A DNA stretch of 64,000 nt from Eledone cirrhosa (GCA_964016885.1 OZ024743.1:47616001-47680000); one strand, 5' to 3'. Positions 25,825 to 40,899 are shown, numbered from the stretch's first letter. Notes: generated by a model from the letters alone, not told the origin. Program-made: numbers and translations.

Positions 25825-28800
25825 GTGTATATATATGTGTATATATATGTGTATATATATATGTGTATATATATATATGTGTATATGTATATATATATGT
25901 GTATATATATATATGTGTATATATATATATGTGTATATATATATGTGTATATATATGTGTATATGTGTGTGTATATATATGTGTATATATATATATGTGT
26001 ATATATATATGTGTATATATATATATGTGTATATATATATATGTGTATATATATATATGTGTATATATATATATGTGTATATATATATATGTGTATATAT
26101 ATATATGTGTATATATATATATGTGTATATATATATGTGTATATATATATGTGTATATATATGTGTATATATATATATGTGTATATATATATATGTGTAT
26201 ATATATATATGTGTATATATATATGTGTATATATATGTGTGTATATATATGTGTATATATATGTGTGTATATATGTGTGTATATATATATGTGTGTATAT
26301 ATATGTGTATATATATGTGTATATATATATATGTGTATATATATGTGTATATATATGTGTATATATATATATGTGTGTATATATATATGTGTGTATATAT
26401 ATATATGTGTATATATATATATGTGTGTATATATATATATGTGTATATATATATATGTGTATATATATATGTGTATATATATGTGTATATATATATGTGT
26501 ATATATATATGTGTGTATATATATATGTGTATATATATATATGTGTATATATATATATGTGTATATATATATATGTGTATATATATATATGTGTATATAT
26601 ATATATGTGTATATATATATGTGTATATATATGTGTATATATATGTGTATATATATGTGTATATATATATGTGTATATATATATGTGTATATATATATGT
26701 GTATATATATATATGTGTATATATATGTGTATATATATATGTGTGTGTATATATATGTGTGTATATATGTGTGTGTATATATATGTGTGTGTATATATAT
26801 GTGTGTGTATATATATGTGTGTGTATATATATGTGTGTGTATATATATGTGTATATATATATATGTGTATATATATATATGTGTATATATATATATGTGT
26901 ATATATATATATATGTGTATATATATATATGTGTATATATATATATGTGTATATATATATATGTGTATATATATATATGTGTATATATATATATGTGTAT
27001 ATATATATATGTGTATATATATATATGTGTATATATATGTGTATATATATATGTGTGTATATATATATATGTGTATATATATATATGTGTATATATATAT
27101 GTGTATATATATGTGTATATATATGTGTGTATATATATATGTGTATATATATATATGTGTATATATATATATGTGTATATATATAAGTGTATATATATAT
27201 GTGTATATATATATATGTGTATATATATATATATGTGTATATATATATATGTGTATATATATATGTGTATATATATATGTGTATATATATGTGTATATAT
27301 ATATGTGTATATATATGTGTATATATATATGTGTATATATATATGTGTATATATATATGTGTATATATATATGTGTATATATATATATGTGTATATATAT
27401 GTGTATATATATATGTGTATATATATATGTGTGTGTATATATATGTGTATATATATATATGTGTATATATATATATGTGTATATATATATATGTGTATAT
27501 ATATATATGTGTATATATATATATGTGTATATATATATATGTGTATATATATATATGTGTATATATATATGTGTATATATATATATGTGTATATATATAT
27601 ATATATGTGTATATATATATATATATATGTGTATATATATATATATATATGTGTATATATATATATATATATGTGTATATATATATATATATATGTGTAT
27701 ATATATATATATATATATGTGTATATATATATATATATATGTGTATATATATATATATGTTGTATATATATATATGTGTATATATATATATATATATATG
27801 TGTATATATATATATATATATATGTGTATATATATGTGTATATATATATGTGTATATATATATATATATGTGTATATATATGTGTATATATATATATATG
27901 TGTATATATATATGTGTATATATATGTGTATATATATGTGTGTATATATATGTGTATATATATGTGTATATGTGTATATATATATGTGTATAGATATGTG
28001 TATATATATGTGTATATATATGTGTATATATATATGTGTATATATATATATGTGTATATATATATATGTGTATATATATATGTGTATATATATATATGTG
28101 TATATATATATGTGTATATATATATATGTGTATATATATATGTGTGTATATATATATGTGTATATATATATATGTGTATATATATATGTGTATATATATA
28201 TATGTGTATGTATATTTATATATATATATACGTGTATGTATATTTATATATATGTGTGTCTGTATGTATATTTATATATATATATATGTGTGTATGTATA
28301 TTTATATATGTGTGTGTGTGTATGTATATTTATATATATGTGTGTGTGTGTGTATGTATGTATATATATATATGTGTGTGTATGTATATTTATGTGTGTA
28401 TATGTATTTATATATGTGTGTGTGTATATGTATTTATATATGTGTGTATATGTATTTATATATGTGTGTATATGTATTTATATATATATATGTGTATATG
28501 TATTTATATATATATATGTGTATATGTATTTATATATATATGTGTATATGTTTTTAATATATATATATATGTGTGTTTTTATATATATATATATGTGTAT
28601 ATGTATTTATATATATATATATGTGTATATGTATTTATATATATATATATGTGTATATGTATTTATATATATGTGTATATGTATTTATATATATTTATAT
28701 ATGTGTATATGTATTTATATATATATATGTGTATATGTATTTATATATATATATGTGTATATGTATTTATATATATATATGTGTATATGTATTTATATAT

Positions 28801-30169
28801 ATATATATGTGTATATGTATTTATATATATATATGTGTATATGTATTTATATATATATATATGTGTATATGTATTTATATATATATATATGTGTATATGT
28901 ATTTATATATATATATATGTGTATATGTATTTATATATATATATGTGTATATGTATTTATATATATATGTGTATATGTATTTATATATATATATGTGTAT
29001 ATGTATTTATATATATATATGTGTATATGTATTTATATATATATATGTGTATATGTATTTATATATATATATGTGTATATGTATTTATATATATATATGT
29101 GTATATGTATTTATATGTATATATGTGTATATGTATTTATATATATATGTGTATATGTATTTATATATATATGTGTATATGTATTTATATATATATGTGT
29201 ATATGTATTTATATATATATATGTATATGTATTTATATATATATATGTATATGTATTTATATATATATATGTATATGTATTTATATATATATGTGTATAT
29301 GTATTTATATATATATGTGTGTATATGTATTTATATATATATATGTGTGTATATGTATTTATATATATATATATGTGTGTATATGTATTTATATATATAT
29401 ATGTGTATATGTATTTATATATATATATGTGTATATGTATTTATATATATATATGTGTATATGTATTTATATATATATATATGTGTATATGTATTTATAT
29501 ATATATATATGTGTATATGTATTTATATATATATATATGTGTGTATATGTATTTATATATATATATGTGTATATGTATTTATATATATATATGTGTATAT
29601 GTATTTATATATATATATGTGTATATGTATTTATATATATATATGTGTATATGTATTTATATATATATATGTGTATATGTATTTATATATATATATGTGT
29701 ATATGTATTTATATATATATATGTGTATATGTATTTATATATATATATGTGTATATGTATTTATATATATATGTGTGTATATGTATTTATATATATATAT
29801 ATGTGTATATGTATTTATATATATATATATATATGTGTATATGTATTTATATATATATATATGTGTATATGTATTTATATATGTGTATATGTATATTTAT
29901 ATATATATATGTGTATATGTATATTTATATATATATATGTGTATATGTATATTTATATATATATATGTGTATATGTATATTTATATATATATATGTGTAT
30001 ATGTATATTTATATATATATATGTGTATATGTATTTATATATATGTATGTGTATATGTATTTATATATGTGTGTGTATATGTATTTATATATATGTGTGT
30101 GTATATGTATTTATATATATGTGTGTGTATATGTATTTATATATATGTGTGTGTGTATATGTATTTATA

Positions 30170-30230
<61 letters not shown>
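24301..30230 (+). repeat. 5.9-kb compound AT/GT microsatellite with drifting unit structure
   Basis: Read directly; the unit changes to gtgtatatgtattt(at)n after about 28400. Confidence 0.98.
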
Positions 30231-30234
<4 letters not shown>

Positions 30235-30444
30235 TTAAAAGTTAAACAAGGTTCAATGAATAAATCAAAGAATGAGTTTTACAGTAGATTTAACCATCTA
30301 CTATGTCAGGCTATGTCATGCATCATCTTATTTTATTTGATTAGGACGTACTGTTGAAGTTAACTCAGTACCTCTGAAATATGTATAATAAAATATACTT
30401 GATCACAAGAATATCTATTTTGTTAATATTTTTTATTAATATAT

Positions 30445-31172
30445 AAATGTATATATGTATATATATATATATAAATGTATGTATGTATATGTATGTATGT
30501 ATATATATGTATATGTGTATGTATGTATGTATGTATGTATATATATATGTATGTATGTATATATATATGTATGTATGTATATATATGTGTATGTATGTAT
30601 ATATATGTGTATGTATGTATATATATGTGTATGTATGTATGTATATATGTGTATGTATGTATGTATGTATGTATATATGTGTATGTATGTATATATATGT
30701 ATATGTGTATATATGTATGTGTATGTATGTATATATATGTATGTGTATGTATGTATGTATATGTGTATGTATGTATATATATGTATATGTGTATGTATGT
30801 ATATATATGTATATGTGTATGTATGTATATATATATGTATATGTGTATGTATGTATGTATGTATATGTGTATGTATGTATATATATGTATATGTGTATGT
30901 ATGTATATATATGTATATGTGTATGTATGTATATATATGTATATGTGTATGTATGTATATGTGTATGTATGTATATATATGTATATGTGTATGTATGTAT
31001 ATATATGTGTATGTATGTATATATATGTGTATGTATGTATATATATGTATATGTGTATGTATGTATATATATGTATATGTGTATGTATGTATATATATGT
31101 GTATGTATGTATATATATGTATATATATGTGTGTGTGTGTGTTTATGTATATATGTGTGTATATGTATATAT
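30445..31172 (+). repeat. Compound (ATGT)/(AT) microsatellite
   Basis: Read directly from the sequence. Confidence 0.97.
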
Positions 31173-31319
31173 TATGAGTAATGCCAACAAGGGAAACAAT
31201 ACAATGATGATATATATTAGTTTAAGAAATGAAAGTTTTGTTGTTTTTCTTTATTTTCAGTCACATGATAATGAGTTGTCTACCCACATTCTAGTTATGT
31301 CACTGTTATGTGTATAAGA

Positions 31320-31960
31320 CAGTTGACTTCTAATGTGACAGATGCATAAGAGCAGTAAGCAGCAAGCACGCACATGAGAACGATCCTATCAAATGCTCAG
31401 ATGGTTTCCTAGAAATAGTTGACAGCTTCTGCTACTTAGGTGACCTGATTAGTAGTAGAGATAGACGTTCTGAAAGTGCTATAGCCAGAGTGAGAAATTA
31501 TTTGAAAAAGTTCAAGGATCTACTACCTCTGCTGGCTATAAAGGGTTCTCTCAGTGAAAGGCAGACTATATGAGGCCTTAATGGGGACTGCCATGCTGCA
31601 CAAAAGCAAAACTTGGGCCTTGTGTGCAGAAGATTTGCGAAGACTAGAAATAAAATGAATGTGCTCCAATGGATGTGTATTAATAGTGTGCATGAACATC
31701 AAAGGATTAATGAGCTGAGAGAAAAACTTGGCATGAGAGAGATTGGATGTCGTGTATTGAGAGGAGACTGCTTTTGTATGGCCATGTGGTGGGTATGGAG
31801 GGTAGGAGCTTCATAAGGAAGGGTGGAGCTCTCAATGAAGGGTGCCTGTCGAAGAAGACCTAGAAAAACATGAAATGGCATAGTGAAGAATGACTTCAAA
31901 AAGTTGGAGATGATGATGCAGGATCAAATTGACAGACACAGTTATACTGCACTATAGAAG
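31320..31960 (+). mobile_element. Old decayed RTE 3' RT fragment
   Basis: Recognisable VDSFCYLG, KKFKDLLPLL and INELREKLG remnants with many stops. Confidence 0.75.
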
Positions 31961-32946
31961 ACACAGGAGTAGGGTGAAATGAGTATGGGAAGGCCAGTAG
32001 TAAAAGGCAGAAAGATGTAATATTTAGAATGTCCCCTTCAATCTCCCTACCCTTTACTGTCTATCCCCTCATCTAGTCTTCCCTTCCTTACATTTGATCA
32101 CCCCTCTCCCACCTTAGTTTTCTTCCACCCACTTAGTCTTCCCCTTCACATACTTGATCCCAACCTCTTTCCTACGTTGTCTCACCCTCGTTATGTTATT
32201 GTAGTGACCCCTTGGGCCGAGAAAGAGAGTTGATGAAAGTTATGTCCCATGGAGACTAGAAATTAAGAAACTGAAAGTACCCGCCCCCTTACAAAGCTAG
32301 CTGTCCAGGAGTTAAGAGGTAATTTTACCTTCTCCCACCTTTCATTTTACCCACACTATGTGGAGTGAACATATTAAGAGCAACTCTCTCTCAGGCGACT
32401 TCAACTTCGGAACTTAAAACCAATAACACCATGTGGAGACTAACTTTCTCTCTCACCTCGTCGCCAATTCTACAGCTAATAATACCAATTACACATATTA
32501 TATTATTTCAAAAGGTATGTCTTATTTCCAAGTTGTAACACGCACTCATAACAATAAAGATGAGGCAATTATAGACACTCGTGTGAGATATTTCAGCATG
32601 TTTCATTTAATTACTTTATTCCTAAATTGATGACCAAATAACGTAAACACTAAATAAAATCGACAAACTTTCATCCACGTTATACCCCTTACCTTGGCAA
32701 GCAACTGATAGCTTAACCCCTGCTCGCATCCTTCACTTTATTACTACCCACCTAGCTTGGCCAAAGACACGAGCACCCTAGTGTTGAAAAGTGGTAGTGC
32801 CAGTACCCCAATAAAATGCACTCATCCCACACTGTAAAGTGGTAGTGCTGGTGTCACAACAAAAAGCACACAGTACACCCTGTTAGGTGGTGGTGGCTGT
32901 ACCACAATAAAACACACCTAGTACACATCAGGAAGTTGTAAGAACA

Positions 32947-33153
32947 TTAACCCTTTAGCATTTACATTACTCTATATATACTATTATATTTTTCATGGTA
33001 AAGACTTTGTCCCACATAATGTAGAATCTAAGTTATTTATTTTGAGAACAATACCTTAACATCAGTATGAATGGCCAGTTACGGTCAGTTTGAATAGAAA
33101 GAGGTGAGAGAATTCTGGTCAGATACAGCCCGGTTTAAATGCTTAAGGATTAA
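32947..33153 (+). mobile_element. piggyBac-like MITE (TTAA sites, CCCTTTAGCATTTA TIR)
   Basis: TTAA|ccctttagcattta ... taaatgcttaagga|TTAA; related copies at 50681, 52171, 1793 (opposite orientation) and 63970. Confidence 0.75.
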
Positions 33154-33669
33154 AAAGGCATCCAGACATAGAGACCATGCCAAAATGAAACATATGAGTG
33201 AGATACAGTCATCTGACATCTAACTTCAGAACATAACCCATCCAACCCATGCAAAGATAAAAAAATAGACATAAAACAGTAAGGATGATGATTGTGTATG
33301 TGATTTGAACAATTCTTTAATTCCAATGTTATTGTTGTTTATCCCTTTGCCACTTCTGTCATATCTTCTGCTGCCTTGGAAATTGTTTTGCATTTACAAA
33401 TTCTTTTCTCTATTCTCTCATGACTTTTGACATTTGCAGACTGTTTAAATATGTTGGATTGAAAATTAGGTTGTGCTACTTTCACTGTATATATATATAT
33501 TTATATATATTTATTTCCTTTACCAAAATAGCAGTAATATGTGTAAGCAGTATTCATATGTTGATTCCGTCTCCCATTTTTTTTTATGAATTCTTAGAAA
33601 AAGAAACAGAACAACTCGTGTAACAGCCATTGATTTAATAAATGAAAATATATCCACTCTACATTATGT

Positions 33670-33850
33670 ATTGGCAGTATCAGTAGTGTGTCGGACGCCA
33701 TGCTTTCCAACATAGTTACGTCCCTTTACGATCTGAGTTCAAATCCTGCCGAGGTTGACTTTGCCTTTCATCCTTACGGGGTCGATAAAATAAAGTACCA
33801 GTAATGCACTGGGTAATTGCTGGCCTTGTGCCTAAAGTAGAAACAATTAT
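33670..33850 (+). mobile_element. tRNA-derived SINE, same family as 40105-40300
   Basis: Direct sequence similarity; B box GTTCAAATCC. Confidence 0.8.
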
Positions 33851-34522
33851 GTATTGAGTACTTTATAAATTGTGGTTCTCTCTGTTTGAAACAGGAACAT
33901 CAACAACTGTGTGTATGTATGCATGTTTCATTGAATGACTAGTTCTGTTTCTTCACCAAAAGAAACATAACTAGTCCTGTAGAGGTCACTTTTTAATAAA
34001 GTATCTCATCTATTTGATGTAGTGAATACATTACTTTAATTGCAGCTCTTTTCCATTTTTTTAACAATATACCATTCGACTGTGTATACATGCATATATG
34101 TATATCATCACTGTTTTACGTCCATTTTCCACACTAGCATGGGTTAGACGAGTGGTCCTGTTTTGGGCAATGCTAGGTCAGGTGACGATGTCTTGCTCAT
34201 ACACACACATATGCACACACTCCTTTTTGAGTGGGGAGGTTTTAAAATGTGATAAATTCTTCCTATTTTGAGACTTGAGTATTTTTTATTGAAAATCATA
34301 TATATATATATATATATATATACCAATCACTTAATGGAGTGTACTGGATGCATTTTATCAAGGCACCAGCACTAGAGAAGTTGTCATATACCTGCCCACA
34401 CTAAAGAGTCCTCTCTACCCTATATTGTCTACCACTTTACAGAATGTACTGTGTAATTCATTGTGACACCAACATGAGAGAGGTTGTCAAATACCTGGCA
34501 ATCTCTCTAAAATATTAGTTAA

Positions 34523-34625
34523 AATAATTTTCTACTTTTGGCACAAGGCCAGCAATTACCTCAGTGCATTACTGGTACTTTATTTTATCAACCCCGTAAG
34601 GATGAAAGGTAAAGTTAACCTCGGC
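34523..34625 (-). mobile_element. 3' half of the same SINE family, inverted
   Basis: Reverse complement of about 33748-33850. Confidence 0.78.
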
Positions 34626-35177
34626 TGGACAATTTACCATTCCTAATTGTAAACACAAATACAGTTGATTGCCAAGTGATAGATACATATGCTATGTCTG
34701 CAAAAGTCTTGGTATACTCCATCAGTAAAATCTACCTTTGCACAATCCAAGCATGTACCACCTATTTCCCTTATATGTCCCTACAGTTTAAGTCCCTCTC
34801 ACTTTCTACATATATTGGCCAATAATCAGTTGCCATCTCATGAGTTAATAAACACCCTCCGCTTGCTAGAAATCACAACCAAATCTCCCTCAATACTCAC
34901 TCTACAGTTTTAAACTTAGAATGACACGTTAGATAAGTGTCCTAGAAAACTCTAAAAAGATGTCATAGTTAGAATATTTTAAATCATATATAGGTCTGCT
35001 CTGTCAAGGTTAACCTAGGGCTAAACAACAAACTTACTACACACACGCACATGCTAACTTGATAAACTAGTTTAATCTCTGCTCTCGACTATAAATCTTA
35101 AACATTCATTCTAGGATGACATATAATCTGCACACTTCTCTTTCTTTCAATATCTATCTATCTCTTTATATATATAT

Positions 35178-37163
35178 AAAAGATATGAAGACGGGTAAGG
35201 CGGCTGGGCCTTCGGAAATAGTTGCCGAGATGCTGAAGGCATCTGGTACGGTGGGACACACCATGGTCACCCGGATAGTTAACTAAGTCGTACAGAATGG
35301 GGTTGATCCGAAGGACTGGCGCAGCAGCATCATCGTTAACTGTTATAAGGGTAAAGGAGATGCCCTAGATAGGAGTAACTATAGAGGCATTAAATTAATC
35401 GACCAGGTCATGAAGGTCACAGAAAAAGTAATAGCGCAACTAAGAGAGAGAATTGATCTAGATGAAATGCAGTTCGGGTTTGTGTCAGGCAAAAGTACCA
35501 GACGCTCTTTTCATTGTACGACAACTACAGAAGTACCTAGCTAAAAGTAAACCCCTATACTTAGCTTTTGTCGACTTGGAGAAAGCCTTCGACAGAGTCC
35601 CCCGTTCTATTATCTGGTGGGCTCTTAGAAAACTAGGTGTTGACGAATGGCTTGTGAGAGCTATACAAGCCATGTATAAAGAAACAGTCAGCAAGGTTAG
35701 AATTAACAACGAATATAGTGAAGAGTTTAGCGTAAAAGTTGGCGTCCATCAGGGCTCTGTTCTCAGCCCCCTACTATTTATTATTGCCCTTCAGGCTATA
35801 ACAGAGGAGTTCAAGACCGGTTGCCCATGGGAACTCCTATACGCAGATGACTCATAGCTGAATCAATGGCCGAGCTAGAGAAGAAATTCCAAACATGGAA
35901 GCACGGCCTAGAATCAAAAGGCCTTAAAATTAACCTGGCTAAGACTAAAGTTCTAGTTTGTAAGAAAGAAAATAAGGCGGTGGTCCCTTCCGAGAAGTGG
36001 CCATGCTCAGTGTGTAGGAAAGGCGTAGGTAGAAACTCCATTTTGTGTCCCAAATGCAAAGTATGAGTGCATAAAAGATGTAGTGGGATAACAGGTAAGC
36101 TAACTAAGAACATAGATTTTACATGTGGCCGGTGCTCTGGTGCAATAAGTAGCAGCAAGTGCCCACAAAATACTAGCTCTTTCAACTGCACAGAGGGTTC
36201 TATAGAAATAGTGGACAGCTTCCGTTACCTGGGTGACAAAATCAGCAGTGGGGGAGGGTGCTCTGAAAGTACAGTAGCTAGAGTCAGAACTGGATGGAAA
36301 AAGTTCAGAGAGCTTATACCACTATTAGCCGCTAAAGGGTTCTCCCTAAAAATGAAAGGCAGGTTGTATGATGCCTGCATACGAACAGCAATGTTGCATG
36401 GCAGTGAGACCTGGGCATTGTGTGCAGAGGATATACGCAGACTAGAGAGGAACGAAGCTTGCATGCTCCGCTGGATGTGTAATAGTAATATACGTGAACG
36501 GCAAAGCATAAACGAACTAAGGAAAAAATTAGAAATAAGAGGGATCAGATGTTGTTTACTTGAGAAAAGGCTACGTTGGTATGGTCACGTGATGCGCATG
36601 AAAGACGATAGCTGTATAACAAAGTGCAGGGCAATAAAGATAGACGGTAGCTACGGAGTAGGCAGACCCAGAAAAACCTGGGATGAGCTGATAAATTCCG
36701 ACCTCACACACTTACACCTCTCCAAGACAATGTCACTGGACCGAGACCTTTGGCGGTACTCAGTAATAGAGAAGACCCACCTTACCTAAATACAAAGTAA
36801 AACCTACTACAGTCAGTAGGCATCTCTAACAAAATACACCCCCGTCCCAACACCCCCATCCCATCCACACCGCCCCTTTCAATGTAAAGTTATGTTGGTG
36901 CCACAACTACCAGGCCGAAACAAATGAGATCGTGTAGGTGTCACGACAAAAAAAACACAGTTCACGCTGTAATGTGGCCGTTTAGGCAACACGGTAAAAA
37001 CCTCCCAGCCCCACACTGTAAATGTGGTTGGTGTTAGGAAGGGCATCCAGCTGTAGAAAACCCGCCAGATAGTCCTATGCGAGTAAGATAATCACTCTTG
37101 CCTCAAGTGGGAAAACCCCCGTCCAAACCCATGCAAGCGTGGAACACGGACGTTAAACGTTGA

Positions 37164-37166
<3 letters not shown>
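35178..37166 (+). mobile_element. 5'-truncated RTE LINE (RT with frameshifts, PHD-like finger, 3' UTR)
   Basis: ORFs 35462-35857, 35866-36066 and 36067-36789 are collinear with the 18713-20287 protein; TA repeats on both flanks. Confidence 0.93.
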
Positions 37167-37197
<31 letters not shown>

Positions 37198-37469
37198 CTC
37201 ACTCTCTCTCTCAAATATTTGACTTGGATTAAATCAGTTATAAATCTACAGGAAAACAATTTTCTCGACATGAACAAACCATATATAAACATATATGTAA
37301 CCGATCTCGGACTTTTACAAAGTGCTGAGGAGATAAAGATAATATAATGTGTGATGTGCTCATGCATGGAGATGCTATAGAATAGCTTAGGGTGGACAGG
37401 TCTGAGGCTAAACAGATCAAAGAGCCACATATCTTCACATTTCATTTTTGGCATAATTTCTAATATATA

Positions 37470-37918
37470 TCATCATCATTTTAAGTCTGCTTTTCCCTGC
37501 TTGCAAGGGTGGGATGGGTCCTATTCAGCACAGCATCTATTAACTTGTCACAGTCCTTCCTCATCTCCTCCGTGAGCTTCTGAGGTCTGCTCTCACCACC
37601 TCCGCCCATGTTTTTCGTGGTCTTCCTCTACTGCGTCTTCCTTCTACTGGGATTTCTTGGCACTTCTTTACCCAGCGGTCATCCTCCATGCGCATCACAT
37701 GTCCATACCATCTCGGTCTTCTCTCCTGCACACCACAACTTATCCCCCTTATACCAAGTTTCTCTCTCAACTCATCTATACTTGGTCGTTCATGCACATT
37801 GACATTGCTCATACAACAGAGCATGCTTGCTTCATTTCTCTCCAGCCATTGCATATCCTCTGTAGTTGCTGCCCATGTCTCACTACCATGCAGCATCACG
37901 CATCTCACACAGGCATCA
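37470..37918 (-). mobile_element. RTE 3' fragment
   Basis: ORF 37561..37908 ([22 protein letters not shown]) with an ATC-repeat tail on the + strand. Confidence 0.88.
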
Positions 37919-39599
37919 TATATATATATATGTATGTGTGTATGTATATAAACTCCTATTATTGCATTACATAGTATAGATGAGTAAAAGAAGAGTATCT
38001 GATCAATGTTTTGTCTTCCTGGCTTGTTACATTAGACAAATTGCTTCATATGTGGCAAAAATCCTTGTCAAATTTAGAATTGCTGCACATGCCATACCTG
38101 ATAGCTTATTCATGTAATTCAAAGGACTGGCCTTGTCACACACTGTATCACTGAATCTGAGATTTATATTAAGGGTACACATGTATTTTGAATACTTGGG
38201 TACTTGTATGTTAATCTTATGAGTAAGCCACTGTCGATCAGACAGCTGAAGCACTCAGTTTTGAAACCAACAGAAGTTCATTTTGTAAAGATTTACCTCT
38301 TTGCTGTTTTGTTTTTGCTTATATTGCTTATAGCATAGTCAGAGAAAGAAGGGAAGTTTTTATGACCTTTTCATGGCTGCCAATATTGGTGGGAGAAAAG
38401 GGGGGGGGGGATATTTGGACCAAATGCTTGCAAAAGTGGTTGGTGTTAAGCTGTATGACATTACAGTTAGTCTATCTGAATGGCTTCTACACAATTCCTT
38501 TTGCTTAACTTCACTCTCATGACATGCATTGACCAGAGGCTATTGTAGTAGATGCCCAATGTCTCACTGTCGGCTGGAGACCAAAACCATGTAGTTGTTA
38601 AGCAAATTTTGTAACCACACAGCTATACTTGCATCTATTACTCACTGATAAACCATAGAATATGTCTTGTGATTTGTTAAAAAATATTCTCATGATCATC
38701 CAGTTTTTTTTTGTTTGTTTTTTCCCCCTTAACTGTATCTAAGACTACATCCAACATATCCTTCCTATTTTAAAATATAGCATAGTGTAATTTAAGGAAA
38801 ATTTGACTACTTTTTCTAGCATGTTACATCACCTCAGAAAGTTACTTGATATTTAATGTAAAGTAAGATATGAACAAATTTTATGATGGTGGCTGTGGTG
38901 TGGTAGAAATGGTGGCATGCCAAACTAACTTTGTTGCATTTAGTTCACATTTCTTTAGGCTAAGTTCAAACCTCATGAGTTGACTTAGCATTTCATCTCT
39001 TCAAGGGTGATTGAATAAGTATCAGTAAGATACTGGGTCAATTCATTCAATGACACCCATATAAATTTGTGGTCTTGTGATACAAAGAACTATTTTTAAA
39101 ATGCCACTTTCAAGGATGTTAGTCAATTATATCCAGCTCAAATGAAATCAAAAAGTACATGGCCAAGTGGTTAGGGTGTTGGTTCAATCCCTGAGCAGGG
39201 CACTTTTAACAAGACTGAGGCCCCCTATCATTAAAATGCCTAAGAAATGTCCTATGAGATGCAACATCATATGAGGCTAGCTAAACCTATATAGGTGTAA
39301 GCTGTAAATTTCATTTTTATTTTCCAAAATACCACAAAGTATTTGTTTGTTGTCCCAAATTTCCCTTCCCACACTGTACACAATTTCATAAAGAAATGTA
39401 TCAGTGTTCAGGTGCACTACAATACATGCAGCTTTGATGAGTTGTAGTGCTCCCAAGCACTGTACACAATAATTTCATTATTATTATTATTTTTAATCAC
39501 TGAGCTATGACTGGTATTTCTTTTGGTGGGAATGGATGAGGAACCAGTCACTGGAGTTGATGTATATCATATTTCTCCTAAATTGGTGGTTTGGTGACA

Positions 39600-39900
39600 A
39601 TGTTAGAAATCAAATATATTTCAATATTGTAAATTACTATTTCAATATGAGTAATCAATAACATTTCAATGTAAGAAATCAATATTATTTCAATTGATTC
39701 CTAAGATCTATATTTTATAATATTGATTTGCAATATTATTTCAATATTGAAAATCAGTATTCAATATTACTTCATTGTTGAAAATAAATATCATTTCATT
39801 GTAAATCAATATTATTTCAGTATTGAAAATCAATATTAATGATTAATTTTAAATATCAATATTATTTTGATGCTGAAAATCAATATTATTTCAATATTAT
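39600..39900. repeat. Degenerate AT-rich repeat (aaatcaatattatttcaatattg) upstream of the first ARL8 exon in the window
   Basis: Multiple caatatt(g/a) cores. Confidence 0.7.
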
Positions 39901-39917
39901 TTCTGTTTTTGTTTCAG

Positions 39918-40072
39918 TCTGGTCAGTTCAGTGAAGATATGATTCCAACAGTTGGTTTCAATATGAGAAAGATTACTAAAGGGAATGTGACAATCAAACT
40001 ATGGGATATTGGTGGTCAGCCAAGATTCCGTAGTATGTGGGAACGATACTGTCGAGGAGTCAATGCCATTGT
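39918..40072 (+). CDS. ARL8: ARL8 internal coding exon ([52 protein letters not shown]; switch I/II, G3 motif)
   Basis: Translation is essentially the ARL8A/B sequence. Acceptor tttcag before 39918, donor gtaagt after 40072; 155 nt, phase matches the next exon. Confidence 0.97.
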
Positions 40073-40104
40073 GTAAGTATCTATAGTATATTATGATCAT
40101 TATT

Positions 40105-40300
40105 CGGTGGATTGGCAGTATCGGTAGAGGGTCGGACGCCATGCTTTGACGCATAGCGTTACGGCCCTTGCCATTCTGAGCTCAAATCCCGCTGAGGTTA
40201 ACTTTGCCTTTCATCCTTACGGGGTCGATAAAATAAAGTACCAGTAATACACTGGGTAATTGCTGGCCTTGTGCCAAAAGTAGAAACAATTATTATTATC
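40105..40300 (+). mobile_element. tRNA-derived SINE with central ctttcatcc..ggggtcgataaa..gtaccag domain (MetaSINE/MESC-like, from memory)
   Basis: A-box TGGCAGTATCGG, B-box-like GCTCAAATCC; near-identical copies at 33670-33850 and 52925-53100. Confidence 0.8.
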
Positions 40301-40899
40301 ACTTTACATCCACTCTTCCATGCCTGAATGGGTTGGACAGATCATCACAGATCAGTACTTAATTGGAGCTCTTGTCTTCCTAACTAAGTCAGCCACTTCT
40401 CACTAACAGACATTGTCTGAAGCACTCTTCAGTTGTTTGACACAACACCATTACCCTAACCACCAAATCTTCCTCAAATCACATCCTACTGTCTTTTGGA
40501 TAATACAGTCACTGTCATGCAAAAAAATAGGATGGTCACAGTTGGTAAGTCATTGATCATGAGGCTGCTCAATTAGAGCTGACTTTTGGCTAATCATCAT
40601 CATCATTTTTATGTTTGCTTTTCCATACTGGAATGGTTTGGCTGAAGCTTGAGACAGTTTTCTATAACTGGATGTCCTTCATGATGCTAACCCATACCTG
40701 TTTTTAAGTAAAGTACATATTCCACCAGGAGATATAATGTGGGATATAAATATCAACAGCTACCCAAGTAAACACAAATATATAAATATGCAGAATGGCA
40801 GTTTTCCATAGTTTCCACCTAATAAATTCACTCAAGATATTTATTTTTCAGGCCAAGGTACCACATCATTGCAAAGTAAACTTAACTATATAACCATGC

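Noticed and set aside
12108-31317. Very long ORFs (up to 1980 aa) of Y/I/M/V/C or Y/T/H/I
   Set aside because: Translations of alternating purine-pyrimidine microsatellite, which rarely forms stop codons; open in several frames at once.
40105-40200. tRNA gene
   Set aside because: A and B boxes are present but are followed by a SINE body repeated many times; no complete cloverleaf.
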